The notes: generated from the letters alone by a model not told the origin. Shown: positions 14,031 to 29,085, numbered from the stretch's first letter. The stretch is DNA of 64,000 nt from Lingula anatina (GCA_051362555.1 CM120641.1:7812001-7876000); one strand, 5' to 3'. A program made the numbers and translations.

Positions 14031-14272
14031 AACCCAGTTTTTATGCACACTGGATAGCATAATATCCTATGGATACCACTATCCATTGGATAATTTTTTA
14101 TCCTCTGGACAGTTATACTGCAGATAACACCCATTTATAACCACTGGATAGTATCATCAAAAACAGGAAAAAAAGTGTACAATTATTGTGAAACATCACT
14201 TTATTTACAGGATAACTGTCCATAGGATAATTATTTCCAATGGATTCTTTCCAGTGCTGATGAAACTGGACC
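14031..14272. mobile_element. MITE, PIF/Harbinger-like, downstream of the NPLOC4 stop codon
   Basis: Imperfect TIRs (aacccagtttttatgcacactgga / tccagtgctgatgaaactggacc) are flanked by CTG on both sides (14028-30 and 14273-75). Internal tggata/tatcca repeats. Confidence 0.55.
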
Positions 14273-16075
14273 CTGGACGCTACCTATCTCCTGAGATTAA
14301 AATCAGTTTTTTTTTTCTTTCAACTTCTTTGGCATTTATGCATCTGCCAATTTTGTTTTAACTTCAATTTTGAAAAAAAAGTTTGGTTTGCTTCAAGTTG
14401 GTAAGATGTTTACTGTTATTTATTAAGAAAGCAGAGATAATCTGCATGTATTAATGCTTTGATCTGCAATAAAAGAGATGGATATTGTAAATTGTCTTTC
14501 CGTTTGATTTCAATTCCCAAAGATACAGGGAGGAGTAAGTACAATCACTAAAAACAAAAGTATTCAGGATGAGGGGGTATTAGATCTTGAATAACTTTGC
14601 TTTCTCAGAAGGGGGAAGATGCATGTAAAGTTAACAAACTACTAAAATAGAAATCAAACTACAATCAATTCCAATAGAAGTTTTTATCACAATTTATTAC
14701 CATGCTGATGACATCAATTTCAATGGTTCTTTGGTGAAACCAAACCATTTGATGAATTAAAAAGAATTTTTAATAACTGATATGGTGCTTGTTTTACTTT
14801 CAACAGTGATTTTTAAAAAAATGTGCATCTGCCTTAGAAGAAAAAGCAATTGCAAACCATGTCCTCTTTCATGTTTGTGGCACTTTTACTTGGAAGCCTG
14901 AAAACCAAGTTTTGAATAGGCTAAACTTACTAGCATGCAATGGGACTTCACATAAAACCAGCTGCATTTTATCAACAACAGTGTAGATCTATAGTTTAAC
15001 ACAATAAGAAGTATATTTTAAGTGTCTGCAAGCAATATTGGTAGTTGAACACAGACTGAACTTCTCCAAGGGGGTGCTTTATAAGGAAAAAAATGTACTC
15101 ACTACTTTCAAAATTTTGCCTGCGTAAATTCTACATCACACAATTGTTACTATATGGGGTTTACTGCCCAAGGACATGAATATAAAAAGGCAATTTTTTT
15201 AACATCTTAAAGTTTTCATAAAGCACACAAAATATCATATTGGTTGCTAGAAGACAAAAGGACACAAGTTAAAACTGCGTCCATTTTTTTAACTATGTCG
15301 ATTGAGCTATCTGTATGAAGTACTCATGGTTAATCAATACTACCACTTTGTTCAAAGTATATGTTCATTTTGAGTGTTCATATTCTTTTTAAAATATGGA
15401 TATTCACCTTCTTCTGTTTTCATGTAATAAGATTCTATATCTATTGAATAAAAATGTTGATTAACCTCCCTACTTTACCACAATTTAATATTCCAATAGT
15501 CTAAGCTATGGACTTTTTAACTTTTTTCATTTCATACGCATCACTTATTTTGAAACTATTTACATCTTCTTTGATTACATTTGGAAAGTAGCCTGAGAGA
15601 TCAAGATTCCCTTTTAATCTTACATTGCTTCAATTACTGACCAAACTCGATAAAACTGAATGGGACTATGTGACTAATGTGAAGTTCACAATCAACAGTT
15701 ATTAAAGAAAACGTTAGTAGTCCTGTATTTTTTTTCATTCAAAGAGGCTTCAATGGTAGCACCTTTCAAAGTTCAAATACTACAAACATATCAGACAAAA
15801 AGCGACATGTTACACACCAATATATTCTTAGTAGATCTCGCTTCTCACTGAAATCTCTTCTACCATTCCTCACTCATTGAAAATAATTTATGCACTCTAT
15901 TTACAATCAATAACAAAAACCTCATGATATTTCTTCCAGCTGTTCCTTCAAAAAAGCACATGCAATTCATTTCACATCTTACTCTGCTCTGTATCAGAAT
16001 CATTTCTTCAGCTGACCTAGATTCATTAATATATACCGAAGCCAAGATTTGTTCCAATCCCTTCTGACAATGATG

Positions 16076-19000
16076 TCACTCGTTCTTGTGTGTCATTGGT
16101 GGAAATTCACTGTCATCATCCAGTTTCAAGGCCGCCATGTTGGGAACCTCTCCATTACCCCCCACAGCTCCATGGTCCACGTCCAAGTATGGCTGGGAAT
16201 CTAGAAGAAGGTAAAGGTTAACTTGTTAATTGATGCAAGACATTCGATTCCCAAATCCAGATCCTGTAATACACGAAACAACTTTTTTTCAGGCAAAATC
16301 TTTCACTGGTAAGAATTTCAAGAAAAGAATGAAAATATTTCCAAGCTGTTTTTTTTTAATGCACCCTTTTTGTATCCCTTTTGTGCAAAGAAACTGGGAT
16401 AGCATATCCAAGAAAAATTTGTTACAAAGATACCAAGACAAACCAATTTCCCTTAATCCAAATAACAAACGTATTTATCATTCACAAAAGCACACCTTAA
16501 ATATGAGCCTGCCACCTCAAATTTGCATACTTAAAACAAGAACCTTTGAATTCTTTTTTTTTTTCAAACGAACAGCAAGCATGCCACTTCCTCTACAAGC
16601 CAACTGGATCATCTAATCCTATGCTTGCACTGGCTATGAAACAAAGTCCCTTTAGAGTAGAGAAGCACTTACTATAGAAATACAGAAAACACAAATTGTT
16701 CAGAGACACATCAACTCTCACTACCTCTGAAAACACATCAAGTAATACAACTCCCTTTCAACACACTACTGAAGAAAAACAGGGCACATGAATGTCATTA
16801 TGGAAGGAGTGCAGGTAAACTACAAAATTATTCCTGTGCTTAAATATAAGTAGACCCCTTGTACATAAGGTTTTCAACAGAGTTATGACATTTGACAGGA
16901 AAGGAAATCTGTATTACATAAATGTATAAGGTGAAGAAACACCAAACTTTTATATGAGTGAATTGAACAGCACTGGTAGTGCTCTTACCACCCACATGCT
17001 GGCACAGTCTGTCATAATTGCTATGAGCATTAATGGCTTAATTTTCATGTGTGAGTACATGATTGGTTTATTTGTTATCAGGTTGCATCATTAATGTAAG
17101 TAAGCATGTACTGGGCTGCCATGCAAGATGCATGAAATCATCAAAGTACTATAATAATGCCTGAACAAAGAAAGTAATAAAAAGATATTCCTAAGTAAAG
17201 AAAAATATTCTTTTCAAAAGACTAGATTTAGAAGGTTAGAAAAGAAGAAAAAAAGAAATCAGATTATTATATCCCACCTTTTTACTTGTTTCCAGTGAGG
17301 TACAATGTATTACAGTGAACACCCTCTGGCAGATTGGATTTAATTTGTTCACAAAGGAATTATATTTCAAACAAGAAGAAAAGGTAACATTACCATATCA
17401 AGCAAAATGAACCAAACGAAGCATATGCATAAATGGAGTTATCAGAGAAACTGTTGACATAATTGCTGTGGAGGAAAGCAGTTTCCAGGCCTTTTACTTA
17501 AATTCTAATATCTCAACTTTTTCTTTTCATCTAAATTAAGCAATTTCCATATAACAAGCACTTAATACACAACAACTGAACCATGCACAGCAGCACCATC
17601 ACCGAAATAATAATAATAATAAGAATAATAATAATATTAATCAATATACATGCAAAAGTTTAGAAATTTTGAAAACATAAAAAGAGTAATCATTTTTAAA
17701 CCTGTCAAAAGCAGAATAGGTCACAGGCAAAAATAGAGGTACCTTCAAACAGAGAAAGTTTCCAAATCAATTTTGTTTTAAAAGACAGTGAGGCTGGTGA
17801 AAGCACAGGTAGAAATGGAGTTTTTTTCTCTCTTTTTACAGACATACAACAGAAATTGCTAGGAAACTACATCTTAAAAAGAAAATACCATTAACAATAT
17901 CCCCATTTCCCTTTCTGTAAAGCAAAACAAAGCTCTGCTACAAACTACCATGTTCATTATGCTCAGATGTTTGCATATCTGTACTTATGTGCAAAAGTCA
18001 AACCTAAAAAGGGACATTTCATCAGTGCAGTGTAGTGCTCTGGTCAGAACCTCACCTTGTCCACAAAATGGGATAGATCCATTGGGGCTACTACCCTCAG
18101 TAGGGGGTATAGCCTGGGGACCACCTCCTTTCCTCCTCAACACATTTGCAAAACTCTCTGCTCCCCATTCAGGTGTAAGCGGAAGGTGCTTACCTGGCGA
18201 TGCAGACACTTGGGCACTACCAGGGACTTGCTGCTGTTTGACTGTGGCAGCATATGTAGCACTACCTGGATGTGTGAGGGGTTTGTCTTGTGTATGTCCA
18301 GTTAGGTCCTGTGAGGTCCCACTCCCTTCCTGACGTCCATCTAACCGATGCTGTTTGAGTAGAGTGCACTCCCCACCCTCCGCTGGGTCCATGTTGTAGA
18401 TGTATAGGTAGCCATCTTGGGAGGCTACCAGTAGTCGAGGCATCTTCTGAATCCTAGAAAATGAATGAGGAAAACTGAATACATTGTGAGTAAAACTAGT
18501 TTACTGATGGTCAAAAATGGAATTAAATCACTAAAAGTGTACATTTGGCATATATCAATCAAAAATTGCTAATGAATTTCTGCTCGAACAAAATCACTTC
18601 ATATTGTAGCAATTTATAACTATCATTGCACCTCTGACTAGACAAAAAATAATATTTATGTTTAACCCTGATCTTGTCCTTAATAATAAATAAATTATTT
18701 TCTATTATGGCTTAATGAGAAAAATAAATATTTCACCACAGGTAAAGCAAAACTCAATGTTCAAACTAAGAATTGATAGCCTAGCAAACAAACTTCAAAA
18801 GTTCTGCAATTGAACCCTAATACAACTTACGCAGCTAAAGCACAAACATTTCTCAGTCCAGATACAGGAAGTCTTGCTGTTGCGTAAGCTCTGCCTTGAT
18901 TGAACATTTCTGTCACCTGGGTAGGTAAATAGTGGGCAGATGTCTTCAGAGCTTGGCCAACATAGTCCATCCAGCCATGGGGCTCCTCTTGAGTCCTACA

Positions 19001-22000
19001 GGGTAAACGAACAGATTGCTAACATTTTCATTTTTTCATGCTTCTGTTACCACTTTAAGTTTTCCAGAAAAAATGACTAGAAGCTTCAGCCACTCAAGTC
19101 CTGGTATACTTGTTTGAATGCAAGAAAACAGGTGGTAGATTTAAGATATATTTAAAAACAGAATATATTTGAGCAGACATGAGGGCAATTAAGAATATGC
19201 AAACTCTGTCAAGCATATGTCCATAAAACCTGTGCATCTTGCAAAATCTAGTGGAAAACCTTGCCTTAAGTTTACTGGCAGTTGTAAGCTGAGCAGTAAT
19301 GCTGAGCATGGAACAACATATCATATAGTGCTCATATTCAATGTCTTACCCAATAAGGGGGCCAAAAAATTGCAATAATCTCACTTCTATATATTCATAA
19401 ATAAGTGTACTTACTTGTCCTTTGTGGTTTCTAGTTTGAATATATGCACAGTTTCAGTGTTGCTGGAGGCACACAGGAAAGCAGCATCACTGTTAAATGC
19501 TAAGGAACTAATTGTTACACATCTGAAAATAAATATTAATCATATTCAAATCAAAATGCTCATATTGTCCTACTAATTATCGTTATTTCTTTTTCTTTTT
19601 CCTCTTTCCAGTTCACACATTACTGGTCAAAACTTTTTTCCTTACGCAAATACATGCTTCAGAAAAAAAAAACTTTTCCTCATACAGAAATATGTTACAG
19701 TTCATAACATTCAGAGCACTTCTTCAATAAATGGTCGTAATTCTAAAATGTAATATCTCTTACACAAAATAGCTTAAAATAACAAAATGAAATCCTTAGA
19801 ACTAATCATATTTGAAGTATTATCTACCTTTTCACACCACGCCTGAATTCAAATAGTTTTTGTCCATCAGGGACTGAGAAGACTCTAATGACTGTTCCCT
19901 GGAATAAAACAGAATTTGAGTTAGCAAAAATGTTACTTGAAAGGAGTGCCACTTTTCATTACGCCCCTCAAAATACTCCCACATTTTATTAAACCAACAA
20001 TGTTGAACATAACTTGACAAACACATTAATATGTGAGATAGACTTTCTGATCTAAAAATCAAATGCCAGTTAAGGAAAAATATCACCAAAAATACATTCA
20101 TCAGGATCTGACCACACCCTCCTAATGCTTGTTATTACCTTTTCAGATGCTGTGGCTATCCTTGTTCCCTGTGGGCTAAAAGCCATGGCTGCCAAGGGAT
20201 TGTCATGTGCTGGAATCATAGTGACAGCTCTCTGGAATATCAAAGCAAGACATCAATAAACATGCTATTGCCAATGTGATAAAATGCAATTCTTGTCAAG
20301 AGAGAACCCCATGGATTCACATGCTTCAGCTTGGATGGAACAAAAAAGTTTCCCATATAATTTGAAATCCTCTCCCCTGGTGTGACTGGGTGCTTTGCCA
20401 AAAAACAACTTTGCCAAATGTGCTTACTCCTTAAGTTACCACCAAATCAATATTTTGAAAGAGATTATGAATATATCTTACAAAGTCAAGCATTTTCCCT
20501 CACACATGAGAAGAAAGATGTCATTCAAAAGGAGAAAACCACCACTTACACTACAGCGGGGAGGGAGGGTTAGTGTTGGGTCTGAACCTTCACAGAGAAA
20601 AATATAAACATATGCTTTGAAAGATCCATATAACAACTGGTCACAATATCTTGCCTAAGGCTGAAAGTTGCAATCTAGTACTTCTAGTACAAAACATTTA
20701 CTTCCAGATTTTTTCTTCAAGTAAAGATGTCACAACTAGTTTACTTACTGGGGCCAACTTAAATCTCAAAACACATCTCAGAATCATTCGTCTGATTTCT
20801 CCAATTTCTTTGTTGGTGAAACGTGGTAACAATGACCATGACGACACTGATAAGATATGCACAAATCAATTATGATTCTATGCAAGTACACATTTGACTA
20901 CAGGCAATTAGCTCCACTATAGTTATATATCCATTAATAAAGTGACACTTGTGCAGGTAATTGTCCTTTGTCTATTGCAGTAATTTTCAAGGTGTACATT
21001 TATGTATAATTAATGGGGCCTTTCCTAAGGGGGATACATAAATACATTGAGAGAGATGAGCAACGACCCAGGATAATTGTTATTCTAGAGAGTTTTCATA
21101 CATATCAAAACTTTTTTGACTTTGTCAAGTAATCAAGAATGATTTAAATATTTTTATATCTTTTACAAAATTGATCAATTTGAGCACAAGAGAAATATAA
21201 TGAACTGAAGCAAAGCTCCCTAGAGGCCAGTAAGAATAAAAGTAAAAAGATATTAAATGAGGAAAGATCTCAGAGAAAAACAAAGATACAGATAATATTA
21301 ATGATTACAGATAGATAGATAGATAGATTTTTATTTAACCGTCTCTGAGCAGAATACAATATTAAACAAAACAAAACAAAAAAGTACATTACATATACAG
21401 GAACATTACATAACAAGAACAACAATAATAATAACTTACCAAATTTTGAGCATCAAAAATCTGCACTTCTCCAATCTGATTACTCCCTGGATAAGCCAAG
21501 TAGCAGTTGTCATTGTTGATTGAGAGACCACAGAGCCCATGAGGATTGGGTGGGGTGTCCCTGATGGTGTGCAGAACCTTCATGTCCCTTATATTGTGAA
21601 TATACAAGCTCTCTTCCAGACATACTATTAACCTCTGAAACAATAAATAAATAAACAAATTAACAAACAAACAAATAAAATATATCATATATGAGATCCT
21701 TATATTTTGATGAAACTACAATGGAAGAGTAACACTATCACTTTTACATTTTATTCTACAGACAATTTAAACAAAAGCAGTATTTTGATAAGAATCAATA
21801 GGACTCTTCAAGCATTGTTGAACAGATGTAAGCGCTAAGGCTATTTGTAAGTTTATGATAAAATACAAGCCATTGCACGTCAGTTCATAATACAAACTAC
21901 TAATAGGAGTGAAATGTTTGAAAAAAAAAACAAAACAAAAAAAAAAAAAAAAAAAACGATGGCTTCAAAGATAAAACTGGAACTCTTTGATTTATTCTTT

Positions 22001-23994
22001 TCACCTTTAAAAGGTTACATTCATGTTTCAGATAATGTATGGGTTTTATGAACTAAGCAAGACATGCAAAAGTTCACACACGGGGCACCTAAAATAATAT
22101 GTATTTCTACCCCAGTGCATAACAGCAAATTTAATATTAATAGAGCAATCCATTAATCCTGACAAATATGTTTCTTAGTCTTATAACAATAACCTGCAAC
22201 AACAATAAAGGTAGCATAATATAATTATATGGTGATAAGAGATTCATGATGGACAGGTATAATAGCCATTGAGATGAAGATAAGGAAAAAGGAAGTAAAA
22301 GCCATTTGATATCCTCAGGTAGTATTAACGCTTGGTGGATTTTCAGAACAATAAAAGGTGAAATGAAGGGCAGGTTCGGGAGGACATCTGCCTCTCATAC
22401 AAATGCCTTTTCAACATTTTTAATAACTAAAAGACTTAAGCTATATATGGCATATGATGCCCTTCAAAAATTATTTTTGAACAGTATTACCATAAAAATA
22501 CTTGCATTTTAGTACAACAGTAAAGCACAGACACCCACCCACCCACATTTAATGCAAGTGATCCAACTTATTGTAGAAACTGGGTGACTAAACAGTTTAA
22601 CCATGTACATGTTTTTTACAGAATGAATGTAAATTTTAGAAGAAATTTTTTACAGCAAAATCCATGACATTATTACAAATTTTAAGTCTGTTTCATGTAG
22701 CAAGTTGTGACATTATATTCTAATACAACTGATACAACTTTTAAAAAACCTGGGAGTGGTAAGTGTATTGTTCGAACTAAACATAACATGCTGTGTACAT
22801 AAATACAAATGTTTTTATGCAACTGTGGCTTTTAAATTAGGAAAAACAATAATACAACAAATATGGTCAATATTGTTCAAGGATCACATGAAACTGAAAA
22901 GTTTTGACATATAGAATAGCATAATGTTAGTTACATACGGGAATATTATTACAAATTTATTATTACACTATTACAAATTTTATTACAAATTTATTATTAC
23001 ATTATTACAAATTTTAAGTCTGTTTCATGTAGCAAGTTGTGACATTATATTCTAATACAACTGATACAACTTTTAAAAAACCTGGGAGTGGTAAGTGTAT
23101 TGTTCGAACTAAACATAACATGCTCCTGTCAAACATTAAACAAAATATCAAAATTACAAAACCAATCATTGCATCTTCAATATTTGTTGATTGAAAAGAT
23201 TAAGAAGAACAAAAACAACTTACCAGTCTGTTTAACCTAACAGCCAATATAGTGTTGGAATAACTATAATTACATATTTCTGTCCCTTTCTTGAAGTGAC
23301 ATACTTTCAACTTGCGTGGAGATGAAAGGCTTACAACAGCTACAAGGCTGCTAGAAAAAAGCCTCTCCACTATACATATATCTTCTCCCTCTGTAAATAT
23401 AAACACAAAAAATAACACATAGTTACCTTAGGGTTTAATACCCCCTCCCCGACCTCCTGTCAGATGTGAAGTTAAGTTTGTTTTGGACATTCCATCATTC
23501 GAACCCACACCCTTTACAACGATCATTACAGGGTGGTTTTCACTGGCCTTTTCTTTTCATAAATGTTTTGAAATATCTCAGAGTCATAAATTTTGTGCTT
23601 CACATTAATATGTAACTCATAATGCATTTATTCTATGCGCCATTTAGTGTTAAAATGATGAAATGAGCTGAATGCGAACTTACCATTGTCATAAATCTGC
23701 TCCAACTTGTCAGCGGAGCTCAGTGAAAATAGTTTGTAGCCAGTTTTGGTCCCAACGGCAAGTGATCTTCAAAAGACAATTTGTATATTTTGAATGGTAC
23801 ATAAACAGTCCGTTTCAAACTGTATGGCTGAAATTTATTAGCGTTTATGCAATATTTATTTCACCATTAGCAGAAATTAAATAGGAAATGACAAGCAAAC
23901 TTCCCTAGAAAAATTAAACTTACGTGCAGTCTTGATTAAAATTTACAAAGAGAAGGTTGGAATCAGAATCTCCGCCTTGGCTTGCTAGGTTCAT
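16076..23994 (-). CDS. WIPI2: WD repeat domain phosphoinositide-interacting protein 2-like (Atg18/WIPI1-2), ~445 or ~491 aa, 10 exons
   Basis: Exons 23924-23994, 23684-23766, 23224-23390, 21440-21634, 20139-20231, 19828-19898, 19415-19522, 18831-18995, 18194(or 18056)-18453 and 16076-16200. Motifs: [33 protein letters not shown], the PI3P-binding [16 protein letters not shown], and the C-terminus [12 protein letters not shown]. Confidence 0.96.
22668..23124. repeat. ~125-bp direct duplication inside WIPI2 intron 3
   Basis: cattattacaaattttaagtctg...acataacatgct occurs at ~22668-22792 and again at ~23000-23123. The second copy is preceded by short tattacaaattt tandem units. Confidence 0.85.
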
Positions 23995-24122
23995 TAGGCT
24001 GGTTAAGCCTTGACCAATTCCTTCGTAAATGTATTCCGTTATGCAAACAATGCAACTGTCAGATAATCAGCAAAAATCTCATTCTGTTGTATACATTTTC
24101 CAGCTGGAAGCAAAACATCAAA

Positions 24123-24186
24123 TGCGCATGCGTAGCCTCATAAAGATTTCTTACGAGGTTTATGATTGGTCAATTAGATGACGTCA
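24123..24186. promoter_or_regulatory. WIPI2 proximal promoter motifs: NRF1-like site, CCAAT box and CRE
   Basis: tgcgcatgcg at 24123-24132, attgg at 24165-24169 and the perfect palindrome tgacgtca at 24179-24186, all 130-190 bp upstream of the WIPI2 ATG. Confidence 0.55.
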
Positions 24187-27100
24187 TAGCAATTGCTATA
24201 GTTGAGACTGATGAAATGCAGGGGCATACCTCGCTAAGTCTTGTTTAAATGTACTCGTATTTTCTTCCACGTCAGTTTCTTTGCATCATTCATAGTTCGG
24301 TCGATATCAAATGCCAATCAACCAAAATACACAAATGGAAAGCTTAGGAGTAATTTGTACGATAAATTGAATCCTGTGCCAAAGAACAAATGTTTAGCGG
24401 TTGGACCCACGAGACTTCAAGCACATCTTCTTAAAATATGTATGAAATCATAATCATAATCATCAAATTTTTGATAACAACAGTTCTACAGGCCTATGAC
24501 TAGAGCCTATAAAAAGATATATAAGATGCACATTTAATGAGTGTTAATAGGCCTATCTGATGTTATGAAAAAGTAAATCAGTGTTAAATGCAGCCAACAT
24601 TTATGCGTAAGCAGTGATTTCCATTTCGACTTTTTTAAACCAATTTAAAAAATTGGTTTCTGGTTTCATATCTTCTTTACGACTGGGGGGTTGGTTTTTA
24701 GATGCTAAATATTTTTCCATCTCCTTGACTTTATTCAGAAAAGATTTTGTATACAGTAGTTATTGTAACTCAGACCCCCATGTAGCCTAATTATAAAATG
24801 TCCCCTGGTCAGGCTATGACGGCTCTATGTTGTAGGCCTCTATCTTGACGAATGCTGTTGGTGTGTTAGCAATTACCGATCGGAGGTAACAGTCTAGAAA
24901 ACAACGGCTGCAAAATAACAACTAACACAATTTTCAACGTAAAAAGAAAAACGCAAACACTGGTTATTAAAAAAACGTATGCAGTGTATATGCACCACTA
25001 CTTGTATAAGAAAATTGAGCCACTCAACCAATCAATAATTAAAAACAGAATTCTACAATCGTGTCGTAAATATATCTTTTATATGAACACATTAGACCTT
25101 AAAATAGCCTCTGCCTTTGGCATGAACGTAAGTTTCCAAGCAGAAATTAGTGTCGTTTTTCAAAAACGATTCTGACGATTATTAGTAGGCCTAACAAGGA
25201 AGGGGGCAGGAGCAGGGGGAGGGGGTGGAGAAATGTCTTAGTCCTACTTTGCTGTGTGGAGGATAAAATGTAATGTAGGCCTAATAGAACTTTTCAAAAA
25301 CCTCTTCTTTTATCGAAAAAAGATTCTGGCAGCCAGAAACTAGTAGCCTACTGTTCAAAAACAAGTCTGACGTCCAGTTCAGAAACTAGAATCAATTTTT
25401 GGGATGGGAAAGGGAGTGGACAAAGGTAGAAACTCTCATCGATTAGTGTCTACCGCGACCAGGCAAAGTGTAGCATTCACCGTCGAAGCCGGGGGTTGGG
25501 GGGTTGGGGGGTTATATGATCTCCCTTCGCCGTGCAGGGAGTCCTAAACCACCGGCGATCGGTGTTTATGATCACAAATACTAGACAGATATAAGGCACC
25601 CCTGCTGTACTGTGGATTTAGTATGATTTTACATAATTTTTCAAAAACGATTCTGTCATCCAGACATAGTGCCGTTTTTCAAAAACGAACTTGTCAACTA
25701 GAAACTACCGTTGTTTGTCAATAGATTCTGACACCCAGAAACGTTGGGGAATACTAGACCTATCATTTTGGACGTGCAGGGGCTTTTGGAATTTTAGAAT
25801 CTAAGTGCATCTGGGGGTTGGGCTGTCCATGGGGGTGAATGATTCTAGATGTTTACATCGTAATTTCTGCTTTCTCCCCTGCACCATTTGAATGAGGAAG
25901 TTGAAACGTTGGTGATTGATAGACCTACCACCATGCATATACAGTATATGGGCTCTTCAGAATTTTAGTGAATCTAGGGGTGGGACTGTCCCCGAGGGCA
26001 GGAATTGTATATTTTGCATTAAGATTATTTTATGAATATCTTTAAATAGTTATGCATGTTGACCTATTTCATAGTACATCACTTTTTCATTAATATCATA
26101 TGCATTTTAATTCTCTCAAAATGCCAGAAAGAATAAGTGACACACTAGCGGAGTGGCCTGAACTCTGCATATCCTTCAGGAAACATATACATTGAATCAT
26201 CAAAAACAATATACACGTGCCTTTAAAAAGCACATTTTGACATTAATTGTGGATTATTTCGATGGCATTCGGTGCTATCTTTTAAATTTATAGCCATTTT
26301 ATTTGTATGGAAATCACTGTGGAAAATCATATTTGAGGGGTGTATGCTCTTAATTTGAATAAATGATATAAAACAAATATGGATTTCTACACCGGCATTT
26401 TGGTTTTTCTTAACCCTAAGTCATGTTAAATATGTTAAATAGAATTTAAAAAAACTGTTTAGAACGATTAACAGTTGCCATGTGATCATTTGTAAACAAA
26501 AGTACATAGGAATAAAGGTTGAACAAACGGACCTTCATATCACCAAGATAACTATTTATACAAAAAGGGTGCAATGCTTTTGTCACCCCCTGTACAATAT
26601 TCGCCCACTTTGTGAAAACCACACAATGCCTCCTATGGTGGTATCTGATAGCCACTGAAATGATATGGTGACCATTCATGCAGCGCAAAACCTGCTGGTG
26701 TATGTGGTTTTTACACAAAATGCTCACGTTTTTTACAATTATTATTGTTAGAGACTTGTACGACTATAAGGCGAGGTCATTTCAATAAAGAGGAAGGCAT
26801 TTGAGATGATATGGTTATCGCAATAAGCTGTCCCCGCGCAGGTGATACTAGGGTAGAATATTTATCAGTTCATGATTTATTATCACACCAGGAAATCAGA
26901 TAACAAATGCACAACGAAGGTGCAAACATATATGTTTTCCCACAAAGAAAAAGACAATGGACAAAGACAATAAAAACGCGATACCTCACTTAGACGGCGA
27001 CTAATGTCTCAACTTATGTTCTATCTGTTTCTGATCGCTGTCATTATTTCCTGATGATGTCGGGATAATAATTTATTTCATCTTGTTAATTGAAAATATC

Positions 27101-29085
27101 ATTTTAGAGGAAACACTGTTTGTTTTTTATATTTAAATCTACGTTAGAATGGGAAATTATTGTATTTCCAAAACCAAGAAGGATTCATTTCTTGACAGGC
27201 AAAAATATGGCAAAAAAATCATATGCGAGGTAGACCAATATATGGGTAACACTTAAATACACCCATATATGGTAAAAAGGGGTGACTGGCATCTTAGCAA
27301 TAACAACCTTACAAGACAGACACTTTGACATGTTGCAGCATTAATCAGAACAGCTGACCGTCTGTTCAATAAAAAAGCTTTCACTCTAATTCAGTATTCT
27401 CTTGTACAGCCAGACAGTAGTTAGTGACGATTAAAAAAGTCCTAAAATTTATGTGTCTCCATCACTTTTATCTATCAATTTTATCCCGCTTTTATCCTTC
27501 AGCAGTAACTCTTTTTAACACTAATGCGTAATTTCTTTCTAGTACATTTAAATAGTTTTATTCAACAATGTCGCTATTACAAGACAGAGATTCCCTATTT
27601 TATACATTTGTATTTTATTTGTATAATAGGTTATTATCTTTTAAGAAATCACAGTGATGTATGGCCTAATGCACATTAGGTGCATCCGGCGGATCAAGTT
27701 CAAATTTGACACCATAGTTAAACACGCGAAGTCTGCCACCCGTAAGCGAAATACAAAAATATGTTAGGGCTTATTCCCGATGGGTTACTGTTCTGTTCTA
27801 CTAAGCTGTCGAGCAGGGGTTGTGGAGTGAATGACGCGTGACGGTGTGTAACATTTTATTACACACAGATAAAAATACTCAGTGACATTCCGCAAAGAAT
27901 ACGTGCAAAGCCAGTGAATTATGTATGCTCTATAGCTATCATTTTGCTATATACCAAGCGGTTAACATACAAATACAGGTGCACGGGTTCAAACTGATTT
28001 CAGATCAACTACGTACTCGACACTGATCAGATGGACTTTTCTTCAACCGAAAAGATACTGTGCTTTGGGCAGATTTGAAGGTGAAACAACCGACATCTTT
28101 GCAAGTAATCGGTATAATTAGTTAGGTAAGTACCTGGATGTTTGTCTTGGGACTAGTACTTAAGATGTAGAGAATACCTTGAAGACGCGCTTAGTCTAGT
28201 TGACATCATGGGTAGTTAGTAGAACGAGTAGTAGATCATTAGAGAATTCTTTATTCGCTATAGGTCATTGCAGCCATCATTGGACTACAAGTTAGGTTTC
28301 AACCTTCTGCTCCATTTTGAAAGGAAAGCTTTTCATGGTATTTTTTGCTATTGTGATTTTGTTTTGTCGCTGTTTTGTGGAGCATTCCCCAGTGCAAATT
28401 CATATTATCGCAAAGTCATCCTGTTTTCTGCACAGAATGTAGCACTTCTCTAATTTGTTCCGTTAGAAAAAGGGTGTCAGTTGAAGTTTAAAGAGTTGTT
28501 TATGCATGTAACCTACTTTTCAACTTACAGTGTGTATAAATAAATAACTACTGGCTATTACATGTCCCAGCTACTTTTTGTCAGAATAAGATTTTGTATG
28601 GTGACAAAGGCACAGCAGTCAGTGCACGATAACTATGATGTTGAGACATACACGTGTGTTTAACTGTGTATACTTGTATGTACAGTACGTGCATCTTCCC
28701 TTGCCATGTCCTATTCAAAGCAGATTTATATAGATTTATAACAATAGTCTTCCTAGGTCAATTTGACCTGGAGATCTCATAACATGTCGCACTCCTTTGG
28801 CTGTTAGTAATCCTGCGGTTGTTTTAACAAATGATGATTACTGCATATGATTGGAGGGAAATAGAAGGATTGGATGGTAGAATTAGCGCTGTGGTCACAG
28901 ATAATTCACCATGGCCTTGACACTTGACATTCATATGAGGGTCTGACCGGATCTGCTTTATTACATAACTTTTTTATTTACACAGTGTCTGAAGAGAAAG
29001 TGGAACGCCAGCACATTAAAAACACAGGGACATGATGTAGTGAACATTGAAAATTGTGGCTTTTATAGACAGATGAAAAACGACC

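Noticed and set aside
23485-23512. tRNA or SINE B-box-like ttcgaaccc
   Set aside because: No A box or cloverleaf could be built. No tRNA or rRNA gene was found anywhere in the window.
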